Shown here: in pieces, positions 44,302-52,304 of the stretch
Position numbering within the stretch: the first letter of the stretch is position 1
Layout of the letters: each line of letters begins with the position of its first letter
From: Phycisphaerales bacterium
GTDB taxonomy: Bacteria; Planctomycetota; Phycisphaerae; Phycisphaerales; UBA1924
DNA: 64,000 bases
NCBI GenBank assembly: GCA_016764895.1
Contig: JAESRA010000069.1
Coordinates: 1,045-65,044, forward strand
Reading direction: 5' to 3'
Notes under the pieces: model-generated
The model's database searches: none
Told to the model about the DNA's origin: nothing
What the model saw: only the letters and a program-made list of their open reading frames with translations
Translations under genes and position numbers: made by a program

Positions 44302-46512
44302 ATGTTCAAATTCGCAACCATATGCACTGTCCTATACGCCTCATATTCTGCATTGGCAGGACAATCTTCATATCTCGTATTTCCAGTTCCAGACTTACCA
44401 GCCGAATCAGTTTCGAGTTCGTTGACGGCGGTATTTGACGACGGATTATGTGTAGGTGTGTGGTATGATGCCGATGGAAACGATCATTCATTCGCATGGG
44501 CGCCTGAGGCGACCGACGATTATGCCCAGGGGTATACAGATACCGGTATCTGGTGGGCGCGGGAGATCGGAGACAAGAATATTGATGGGCATTGGGCTCG
44601 CCAGAGTTGGATCTGGTCACCATCGTTGCAAGATTCGGTACCGACGCCGGGATACTGGATCCCAGGGAGCCCGCAAACCGCAATCGGCACACTGGGTGGA
44701 GAATCCGGTGCATCGAGGGCGATTTCAGACACCGACACCTTAATCGGATGGTCGCAAACAGCTGACTTTGATCCAGCGGGCAATCCTGTATCTCACGGTT
44801 TCGTATGGACCGAAGCCGGAGGCATGGCTGCCGTCGAGCCGCTTACGGGGTTTGAACATCTTACCCTCAACGACATTCATCCTGATGAGTTGCTCATAGT
44901 CGGTACGATGTGGAATGCTGAGTTACGCGAGCCAGGATGGATTCCACCGCTCGGCGATGAAATCATCGTGGCAGATTCTGAGGGTATTTATCTCGACAAC
45001 GGAAACCCTGTCTCGATCAATGCCTTGCTTGCGCCAGCATGTCAGTGGGAAATCACAGGTGCCAACTCGGTCAACTCCCAGCAATGGATCGGTGGCTCGG
45101 CCCAAGGAAATGACGGGATGCTCCACGCGGTTCTCCTGATTCCTAACAAAGCGGATGTAGATATGGATGGGCAGATCACCATCCAAGACATCACCATCTA
45201 TCTACAAAACTACGGATCAAACGATCCACTCGCGGATACAAACAATGATGGTCTGATTGACCAGGACGATCTGGTGGAGTTTACAAACGACTTTACAACA
45301 GGGACCTCATCGGGGGTTGCAGGTTCTACACCCATTGGTGGTGGCTCAAATGTTGGCAGGCCTGTCCCAGTAAATTGCTTGCGCCGGATGGCCTCAAACT
45401 CAAACTGTGGCAAAGACTGCGACGGGTGGAACAACGACAATCCGGGCCAGTTCAGCCAAGAATGCAATCCGCACTGCTATGGGTGTTCTGGTGATGATGA
45501 GCACAACATCCACGCTCCAAATGGCGCACCGGGTTGGCCTGGGGATGACCCGAAAAATCCCTATGCCCCCAACGGCGGTCCAGGTGGGGCTGGTGCGGAT
45601 GCTGATGAGGGCTCTGGTGAACCGGGTGGCTATGGTGGTGCTGGTGGCAATGGCGATGAGGGAGGGGATGGCGGTGCTGGTGGCGAAGGTGGAAATGGAG
45701 ATGGATACGGCGACGGCGGCCATGGTGGTGCTGGTGGCAATGGTGGGGGTGGCGGTAATGGTGGCAACGGAGGCGGCGGAGGCGAAACAGATTCCGGGAA
45801 CGGCGGAAACGGCGGCAATGCTGGCAATGGTGGGGACGACGGTAATGGTGGCAACGGAGGCGGTGGAGGCGGTTCCAGTTCTGGGGTTGGTGGTACAGGG
45901 GGAAGCGGCGGTGGGGGCGGCTCCTCGGCAACTGGCGGCAATGGGGGCAGTGGTGGCGATGGAGGAAGTGGCGGGGCTTCCGGTTCTGGTACTGGTGGCA
46001 CTGGTGGACCTGCTGGCCCTGGTGGTGGCGGGGGAGGATCTGGCGATGGTGGCCAAGGTGGTGTTGGTGGTGCTGGAGGATCATCAGATAGCGGCACCGG
46101 TGGGACCGGTGGAACAGGTGGGAGCGCGGGCTCAGGTGGATCGAGTGGCGGGAACGGGGGTGTAGGAGGATCTGGTGGTGCTGGGGGTTCGTCCGGCAGC
46201 GGAAACGGCGGACAAGGGGGGGGCGGCGGCTCAGGTACGACCGGAGGCAGTGGAAATGGATCCAATGGTGGTGCAGGGGGCACCGGCGGAGCATCAACAT
46301 CGGGCACAGGCGGGGATGGTGGCAATGGGGGGTCTGGTGGCGGGGCTACTCCCGGAGGTCAAGGCGGGGACGGCGGTCGTGGTGGAGATGGCGGTTCAGG
46401 TGGTGAGGGTCAAGGCGAAGGCGGGGACGGCGGCCGCGGCGGCAACAGAGGCGGTAATGGTGGGAACGGTGGTAATGGCGATCCTGACGGCAACCCCGGC
46501 CAGGATGACTGA
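44302..46512 (+). CDS. secreted HAF-repeat protein with internal classical dockerin-like EF-hand pair and ~310-codon polyglycine (PGRS-like) C-terminal region
   Basis: ATG 44302 follows ACGGAG; signal peptide MFKFATICTVLYASYSALAG. HAF-like repeats (DHSFAW, SHGFVWTEAGGM, LHAVLLIP). EF-hand pair DVDMDGQITIQD...DTNNDGLIDQDD at 45154-45294. From ~45570 to the end the sequence is GG-x-GG-x repeats (GGAGGNGDEGGDGGAGGEGGNG...). Confidence 0.8.
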   Translation: MFKFATICTVLYASYSALAGQSSYLVFPVPDLPAESVSSSLTAVFDDGLCVGVWYDADGNDHSFAWAPEATDDYAQGYTDTGIWWAREIGDKNIDGHWARQSWIWSPSLQDSVPTPGYWIPGSPQTAIGTLGGESGASRAISDTDTLIGWSQTADFDPAGNPVSHGFVWTEAGGMAAVEPLTGFEHLTLNDIHPDELLIVGTMWNAELREPGWIPPLGDEIIVADSEGIYLDNGNPVSINALLAPACQWEITGANSVNSQQWIGGSAQGNDGMLHAVLLIPNKADVDMDGQITIQDITIYLQNYGSNDPLADTNNDGLIDQDDLVEFTNDFTTGTSSGVAGSTPIGGGSNVGRPVPVNCLRRMASNSNCGKDCDGWNNDNPGQFSQECNPHCYGCSGDDEHNIHAPNGAPGWPGDDPKNPYAPNGGPGGAGADADEGSGEPGGYGGAGGNGDEGGDGGAGGEGGNGDGYGDGGHGGAGGNGGGGGNGGNGGGGGETDSGNGGNGGNAGNGGDDGNGGNGGGGGGSSSGVGGTGGSGGGGGSSATGGNGGSGGDGGSGGASGSGTGGTGGPAGPGGGGGGSGDGGQGGVGGAGGSSDSGTGGTGGTGGSAGSGGSSGGNGGVGGSGGAGGSSGSGNGGQGGGGGSGTTGGSGNGSNGGAGGTGGASTSGTGGDGGNGGSGGGATPGGQGGDGGRGGDGGSGGEGQGEGGDGGRGGNRGGNGGNGGNGDPDGNPGQDD

Positions 46513-46537
46513 GTCATCTGCCAGTTGCGTGACTCTC

Positions 46538-46570
46538 AGAACCGTGTCTTCCCGGCACGGTTCTTTCTTC
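46538..46570 (+). terminator. putative terminator after the Gly-rich gene
   Basis: AGAACCGTG-N9-CACGGTTCT followed by TTCTTCC (a weak T tract). Confidence 0.5.
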
Positions 46571-46607
46571 CTATGATAGAGTCCATCGGAACCATTGGAG
46601 CGGATAT

Positions 46608-47897
46608 ATGCCATACACACTCACACCCGACACCGGAATCGATCCAAACACCGACAAGGTCGATTACCTCAAAGACCATGTCGACACCGGCGACCGCTGG
46701 GTCCTCAACTTCGGCCCCCAGCACCCCGCGACACACACGACCCTCCGCCTAGTCCTGGAACTCGATGGCGAGCGCGTCGCGCGCTGCACGCCCCACATCG
46801 GCTACCTCCACTCTGGCTTCGAGAAACTCGCCGAGCATATGGACTACAACCAGTATGTGACGATTGTTTCAAGGATGAACTACCTCTCCTCAATCTCCAA
46901 CGGCATCTGCTGGCACCACACCGTCGAAAAACTCTTCGACATCCAAATCTCCACCAAGTGCAAAGTCCTCCGCACCATCATGGCCGAACTCGGTCGCATC
47001 CAAGACCACCTCCTCTGCGTCGGTGCAGCAGGCCTCGATGTCGGCGCCATCACCGGCTTCCTCTACGCCTTCAATCCACGCGAACACATCTACGACATCA
47101 TGGACTACGCCTCAGGCCAACGCTTCCACCCAGACTGGTCCCGCGTCGGAGGCATCGTCAAAGAAATCCCAGATGAAGCCGTCTTCGTCCGCATGGTCAA
47201 ACAATTCCTCCACGGCGTACTCGAACAAGCCATCGACGACCTCATGACCCTCGTCGAACGCAACCGCATCTTCATGGATCGCACCCAAGGCATCGGCGTC
47301 ATCACCCACGACGAAGCCATCGCCTACAGCGCAACAGGCCCCATCGCCCGAGGCTCAGGCGTAAGACGAGACCTCCGCAAAGACGAACCCTATCTCTGCT
47401 ACGCTGACAACTGGGACGGCAACGGCGCAAAAGCAGTCGAATTCGATGTCCCCATCGCACAAGACGGCGACGCGTACTGCCGCTTCCTCGTACGCATCGA
47501 AGAAATCAAACAATCCATCCGCATCATCGACCAACTCATCGACCAAATCCCAGAAGGCCCGACCGATGTCTACGCCGATGAAAAAATGACCAAGCCACCC
47601 AAGTCCGATGTCTACGGCTCCATCGAAGGACTCATCCAACACTTCCAGCTCATCATGACCAACCGAGGCTGGGAAGCCCCCATCGGTGAGGTCTACGGTG
47701 CCCACGAAACCGCCAACGGCGAACTCGGCTATTTCATCGTCGCCGACGGTAGTAAATGCTCATGGCGAGCCAAAACCCGCCCGCCAAGCTTCCTCAACTA
47801 CTCGCTCATGTCCAAAATGCTCGAAGGCCACATGCTCGCCGACCTCGTCGCCGTCATGGGCTCCCTCAACATCGTCGCCGGCGAACTCGACCGATGA
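46608..47897 (+). CDS. nuoD: NADH-quinone oxidoreductase subunit D
   Basis: NFGPQHPATHTTLRLVLELDGE, HIGYLHSGFEKL and the C-terminal ...SLNIVAGELDR. No nuoA/B/C upstream in the window. Confidence 0.95.
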   Translation: MPYTLTPDTGIDPNTDKVDYLKDHVDTGDRWVLNFGPQHPATHTTLRLVLELDGERVARCTPHIGYLHSGFEKLAEHMDYNQYVTIVSRMNYLSSISNGICWHHTVEKLFDIQISTKCKVLRTIMAELGRIQDHLLCVGAAGLDVGAITGFLYAFNPREHIYDIMDYASGQRFHPDWSRVGGIVKEIPDEAVFVRMVKQFLHGVLEQAIDDLMTLVERNRIFMDRTQGIGVITHDEAIAYSATGPIARGSGVRRDLRKDEPYLCYADNWDGNGAKAVEFDVPIAQDGDAYCRFLVRIEEIKQSIRIIDQLIDQIPEGPTDVYADEKMTKPPKSDVYGSIEGLIQHFQLIMTNRGWEAPIGEVYGAHETANGELGYFIVADGSKCSWRAKTRPPSFLNYSLMSKMLEGHMLADLVAVMGSLNIVAGELDR

Positions 47898-48274
47898 AAC
47901 ACCCACAGATTCTGATCCTCTTGTCAGCATTGATCTTCGCGCTACTGCTCACCGGCTGCTCGATCAAACCAACCTACACCGTCCGCGTTCTCAACGATTC
48001 AACGACCAACCTCAACGCCCGCATCGAGCATCGCCCCAAGTTCGCCGATGCCATCATCCTCGAATCCATCACCGTCAAAGCCGGCCAAGAACAAACCCTA
48101 GGCCCCGTCGAATCCCCTCCAATGGAACGCGTCGTACTCCTGATCGGCGCCGCCGGCAGTTCGATCAACGATCCAGAGCAGTTCGTCATCAAACGCGGCT
48201 CCTACACCGCCAGAATCTCAACAGGCACCTCCACAAGCTGGACCCCATACAACATCAGCGTCCTCAAAGATTGA
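47894..48274 (+). CDS. small lipoprotein, translationally coupled to nuoD
   Basis: Its ATG overlaps the nuoD TGA (ATGA at 47894-47897). MKHPQILILLSALIFALLLTGC carries a lipobox (LLTG|C). The 126-aa product has no recognisable family. Confidence 0.7.
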   Translation: MKHPQILILLSALIFALLLTGCSIKPTYTVRVLNDSTTNLNARIEHRPKFADAIILESITVKAGQEQTLGPVESPPMERVVLLIGAAGSSINDPEQFVIKRGSYTARISTGTSTSWTPYNISVLKD

Positions 48275-48285
48275 GTATCTCCTCT

Positions 48286-48317
48286 CCGGTAGAACGGGCA
48301 TCGAGCCCGTCTCTTCC
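48286..48317 (+). repeat. third copy of the CCGGTAGAACGGGC-N5-GCCCGT REP-like hairpin
   Basis: CCGGTAGAACGGGCATCGAGCCCGTCTCTTCC shares the flank and stem with the 42707-42780 copies. Only the loop and tail differ. Lies between the lipoprotein gene and nuoE. Confidence 0.6.
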
Positions 48318-48365
48318 CGATCCAACCCCCTACGATCCCACGACCCGAACCCACAAGGATTCCCA

Positions 48366-48938
48366 ATGCCCTGGATCACCAAAAACTCCGGCTCCGCAAC
48401 CATCCAAACCCGCGATGAACCTTACTTGACCGCCGACATGGTCAAAAAACTCCGCGACGAGTACATCCCCCGCTACCAAAAACCAAAGGGCGCCCTCTTC
48501 CAAGCCCTCCACCTCATCCAGCACCACTACGGCTGGGTCCCCAAACAAGCCATGAAAGAAATCGCCGAGGTCCTGAGCATCACCCCAGGCGAAGTCCTCG
48601 ACACCGTCACCTTCTACGAAGAATACTGGGAACACACCAAAGGCGAAAACCTCATCTCCGTCTGCCGCTCCATCGCCTGCGAGTTCTGCAGCGCGACCGC
48701 CTGCACCGAAGCCATCAAAGAAAAACTCGGCATTGATGTCGGCCAAACCACCGAAGATGGTAAGTTCACCCTCGTCGAACTCGAATGCATCGGCTCCTGC
48801 GGCACCGCCCCAGCAGCCCTCTACAACGAAGACCTCCACGAAAACCTCACCCCAGAACGAGCCGTAGAAATGATCGACCAAATCCAAAACGGCACCTATA
48901 AACAAGGCGGCACCGGAGCTGTCAAAGAAGATTTATAA
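48366..48938 (+). CDS. nuoE: NADH-quinone oxidoreductase subunit E
   Basis: The 2Fe-2S ligand pattern CRSIAC...C...ECIGSCGTAP and the conserved LHLIQHHYGWVP. Confidence 0.95.
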   Translation: MPWITKNSGSATIQTRDEPYLTADMVKKLRDEYIPRYQKPKGALFQALHLIQHHYGWVPKQAMKEIAEVLSITPGEVLDTVTFYEEYWEHTKGENLISVCRSIACEFCSATACTEAIKEKLGIDVGQTTEDGKFTLVELECIGSCGTAPAALYNEDLHENLTPERAVEMIDQIQNGTYKQGGTGAVKEDL

Positions 48939-48955
48939 ACAGGAGATTTCCAGAG

Positions 48956-49681
48956 ATGATGATCTTCTTCGATGAGTCCTTCAGGAAACATGAGAGAACT
49001 GATGTCCGGTTTGGCGTGCTTATGGGGGTTGCTATTCCAGAAGATGTATTTGCTCGATTCCAAAGGGATTTTTATCAAATCTGTAAACCGTATTTCGGAA
49101 CCGTTCTGAAGGAAGGGCATGATGTTCACGGTTCTGATTTACTCACAAATGTGACCATGCGGATCCAAGATGAAGGTGGCCATAGTGGGCATTGGAGTCT
49201 TGCGGAAGACATTCTTAATTATTCTGCTCGGGCGGGTATTAAAGTATTTGGAGTGGTTTGTTTCAAGACGGATTTCCAGTCCTTTGTGTGCTCTGATGAG
49301 ACAAATCTCGATCTTACCTTCAAATATTTATTTGAGCGGGTAGATTTGTTTATGAAGAATGAGTTTCCAACCCGGTATGCAAAGCTCGTCTTTGATGACC
49401 GTGGGCGATCAACCAATGAAAAGAATGGCCGAGCTATTACCAGCTTTTTTCTGAAGAGCACTGTTGGATCAAGTTATGATTCGTTAATTAAAACTCCGCT
49501 CTATGGAGTATCAAAGAGTCATAATTATGGTTTACAACTTGCAGACTTGGTAACTACGGTTGCTGGCCGAAAGTTTCAGGGCGACCGTAGGGTTCAGTTG
49601 TTGTGGGAAAAAGTTCACCAGATGCTTTATATTGGGAAGATTGGAAACATGAATCAATCGAGCTTGAAAGTCATGCGGTAG
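48956..49681 (+). CDS. DUF3800-like protein (AT-rich insert in the nuo cluster)
   Basis: AGGAG lies 10 nt upstream. The N-terminal IFFDES and the C-terminal GLQLADLVTTVAG resemble the two conserved DUF3800 blocks (x-DESG ... Q-x-AD). Codon usage is visibly more A/T-rich than in the flanking nuo genes. Confidence 0.5.
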   Translation: MMIFFDESFRKHERTDVRFGVLMGVAIPEDVFARFQRDFYQICKPYFGTVLKEGHDVHGSDLLTNVTMRIQDEGGHSGHWSLAEDILNYSARAGIKVFGVVCFKTDFQSFVCSDETNLDLTFKYLFERVDLFMKNEFPTRYAKLVFDDRGRSTNEKNGRAITSFFLKSTVGSSYDSLIKTPLYGVSKSHNYGLQLADLVTTVAGRKFQGDRRVQLLWEKVHQMLYIGKIGNMNQSSLKVMR

Positions 49682-49788
49682 AAAAATAAAAAAAGGACTC
49701 GGCGACCTTGCAGTCTATGACTGGGTGAATAGCCCAGTACCGAATCCATACTTGTATTATCGCATCAAACCATGGATTGTTCAAGCAA

Positions 49789-49818
49789 ATTGTCAACTAT
49801 TGTCAACAATTGTCATTT
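49789..49818. repeat. 10-bp tandem repeat ATTGTCA(AC/TT)N x3
   Basis: ATTGTCAACT, ATTGTCAACA and ATTGTCATTT are adjacent. The last unit overlaps the tag stop codon (49813-49815). Confidence 0.8.
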
Positions 49819-50397
49819 AGACGCCAGAATACACTCTTCATGCCTCGGGCACCCAACCACATGGTCATTGACCATCCCGCACGCCTGCATCATCGCATAC
49901 ACAATCGTCGGCCCCACAAACCCAAACCCCCGCTTCTTCAAATCCTTCGAAATAAACTTCGACAACTCCGTCTGAGCCGGCAACTCCTTGAGCGTCTCGT
50001 ACCGATTCACAATCGGCGCATCATCCACATACGACCACATCAACGCGCTCAAACTCGTCCCTTGCGCATACAACACAAGCACCGCCTTGGCGTTGCTCAC
50101 CGTTGACTCAATCTTGAGCCGGTTCCGAACAATCGACGCATCAAGCATCAGCCGCTCAACATCATCCTGCGTGAACCTGGCGACCTTCTTGGGATCAAAC
50201 CTCTTGAACAACTTCCGATACCCGGCCCGTTTATTGAGAATCGTCGACCAACTCAGTCCCGCCTGAGCCCCTTCGAGCGTCAGCATCTCAAACAAATGGT
50301 GCTCATCTCGATTGGGCACCCCCCATTCCGTATCGTGATACACAATATCCGCTTCCCCTTTGGCCCAAGCGCATCGATGGTCGTTCTTTGTACTCAT
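49813..50397 (-). CDS. tag: DNA-3-methyladenine glycosylase I
   Basis: ATG 50397 (MSTKNDHRCAW...). YHDTEWGVP, LEGAQAGLSWSTIL and FVGPTIVYAMMQACGMVNDH. The ORF-track extension to 50709 is unsupported. Confidence 0.9.
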   Translation of the reverse strand: MSTKNDHRCAWAKGEADIVYHDTEWGVPNRDEHHLFEMLTLEGAQAGLSWSTILNKRAGYRKLFKRFDPKKVARFTQDDVERLMLDASIVRNRLKIESTVSNAKAVLVLYAQGTSLSALMWSYVDDAPIVNRYETLKELPAQTELSKFISKDLKKRGFGFVGPTIVYAMMQACGMVNDHVVGCPRHEECILASK

Positions 50398-50635
50398 AGG
50401 ACTAGAATAGTGCGTGAAGCACGAAAAAGAAATCCCGATCACAAGAGCCATCGGCCAGTTCTTCGGCCACCTCTGGCACTCCACCACCAAACCCACCCAA
50501 CCAGACTCCCACACCGAAACCATCTCCAAAACCACCCAAGAAACCAACGCCGAGATCAATGGTAATAAAGTCACCCTCCGAAAAACCACCATCGAAGAAA
50601 TCGAATACCGCGATAATCCCGGAAAATCATGAGGC

Positions 50636-51979
50636 CTAAACCAATCTTCGACGCCGCCCAAGCAGCACAACCCCTCCCAACACGATAAGGGTTGACGGTG
50701 CTGGCACAACGGTCAGGGTGACGCTGGTGCTGTTGATTGCAGTTTCAAAGAACAGGCCGCCATTGAGTTCTGGGAGCATGATGAAATCAAACTCTCCAAA
50801 TCCATCGAGCGGTATCACCTGATCAAGTATCGTGATAATCTCAAATGAATCACCGAAAACAGGGTTGAATTCTTCGGCCAGGGCAATTTCGAGTATCCCA
50901 CCAAAGGAGAGACTCCCAACAACAAGTTGGTCGAACGCGCCCAAGGAGGTGCCTCCTAAATCGAAGTGCAGTATTCCACCCGTGAGATTCGGATTGTCGC
51001 TGTAGTCAGCGGAGTTGTCCAGCATGCCGCTGATTTCAAGCCGACCAAAGGTGCCAAGTTCGCCGGGATCGATCACCCCGCTATGAACATTGAAGACATC
51101 GCCCAGCAACACGCCGGTGCCCTGAATAAGCCCCCGACTGCCATTGAGCATAGTGGGGACTACGGAACTCGCATTTTGGGTGTCGAGGGTCCCTCCATTT
51201 CGGAGTGTCAGAACGGCACCGCCGACGGGTGGATGATCCTCATAGAGCCTGATATCGCGTCCCATATGAAAAAACTCGCTGACACGCAGCACCGAATCCG
51301 GGCCATCAATAACCAGCGAACTCCCAGCGGCCGTGGTCGAAGCGAGGAACCCGCTGGTGGTCTCCACGACCGCGCCGTCGGTGATGGTCACCGAACCGCT
51401 GCCGTCGAGCCCAATCCGGAAGACAGAATCGGACAAAGTCTGGGTGATTTGTACAAGTGTTCCGGGTCCACGGATTACAAGATCAGCGCTTGAAAGAAAC
51501 TGCCGCGAGTCATTGCGGTCGCGGCCACCCACGGCAAGGCGTTCAAGAGTGATCTGCGATCCACCCGAAATCTCGCCAACGGCGTTTCCATTCCACCCAA
51601 GCACAAGAGCACTCGTCGAGAGCGTCGCGCCGTTCATCAAGGCGAGTCGTCCGGTGGTTCCCAGATCACGCCCAAAGAGCATCCCGCCGAAACCATCCCA
51701 ACTGGTGCTTCCGCCGTGCTGTTCAAAGCCACCATCGCCGAACTGCCCATTGAGATCGCCGCCGAAGACGCCAGAGCCAAGCAAGAGATTCTCATTGGTG
51801 ACCACGGCGGTCCCGCCGTTGTTGATCAACGCGATGTTCGAGAAATTCGGAGGAGTCCCATCGGCCCAGTTGGCTGGGTCGCTCCAATCGCCGATACCAC
51901 CGATCCATTCATCAACCCCCCCGGCCGCCGCATGTCCCGATACCAAAAGCCCCACCACGAGTACAGTCCATTTCAACAT
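50636..51979 (-). CDS. secreted repeat protein with PEP-CTERM-like C-terminal sorting signal
   Basis: ATG 51979 gives the signal peptide MLKWTVLVVGLLVSGHAAAGG. C-terminus VVPAPSTLIVLGGVVLLGRRRRLV (P-x-P, hydrophobic span, Arg cluster). Confidence 0.75.
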   Translation of the reverse strand: MLKWTVLVVGLLVSGHAAAGGVDEWIGGIGDWSDPANWADGTPPNFSNIALINNGGTAVVTNENLLLGSGVFGGDLNGQFGDGGFEQHGGSTSWDGFGGMLFGRDLGTTGRLALMNGATLSTSALVLGWNGNAVGEISGGSQITLERLAVGGRDRNDSRQFLSSADLVIRGPGTLVQITQTLSDSVFRIGLDGSGSVTITDGAVVETTSGFLASTTAAGSSLVIDGPDSVLRVSEFFHMGRDIRLYEDHPPVGGAVLTLRNGGTLDTQNASSVVPTMLNGSRGLIQGTGVLLGDVFNVHSGVIDPGELGTFGRLEISGMLDNSADYSDNPNLTGGILHFDLGGTSLGAFDQLVVGSLSFGGILEIALAEEFNPVFGDSFEIITILDQVIPLDGFGEFDFIMLPELNGGLFFETAINSTSVTLTVVPAPSTLIVLGGVVLLGRRRRLV

Positions 51980-52304
51980 GATCTTTCTCCAGAAGAATAA
52001 GAATCGTCCACAACCCAATACGCATCAATCGAAGCTCTAGATTCCAAAACTGCGTGAGAAAGAGGCATTGCCAAGCGATTTAGAATGTTTCTAAGGCCTC
52101 GTGCATCCACTCCCGAATCTGACGAGCCGCGACCGTAAGGGAGCGGTCTTTCCCGAAAACTCAAGACCACTCCCGAACGATCACGGCTCATTCAGAAAAA
52201 CACCCAATCCAAGCCCTAGAATCGACCACCCCCCAAAGTACCCCCCAAAGTTGCCCCTGTGGCTGTTGCGAGGGGAATGTTTGCTATCAGCTTGGAGCCG
52301 ATCA

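Noticed and set aside
45400-46325. Several 200-280-aa ORFs on both strands inside the polyglycine region
   Set aside because: GGN-repeat DNA is open in all six frames. Only the plus-strand frame continues from the signal peptide, HAF repeats and EF-hand pair.
45570-46509. RTX-type Ca-binding repeats in the Gly-rich tract
   Set aside because: The tract does not follow the GGxGxDxUx nonapeptide periodicity. It is closer to irregular GGxGGx (PGRS-like) repeats.
47686-48429. 247-aa plus-strand ORF overlapping the nuoD 3' end, the lipoprotein gene and the nuoE 5' end
   Set aside because: It is out of frame with three well-supported genes and has a Pro/Arg-rich composition.
49682-49788. Possible tRNA fragment or att site after the DUF3800-like gene (…CCCAGTACCGAATCC…)
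   Set aside because: I could not fold a T-arm, acceptor stem or cloverleaf. The resemblance to GGTTCGAATCC is partial only.
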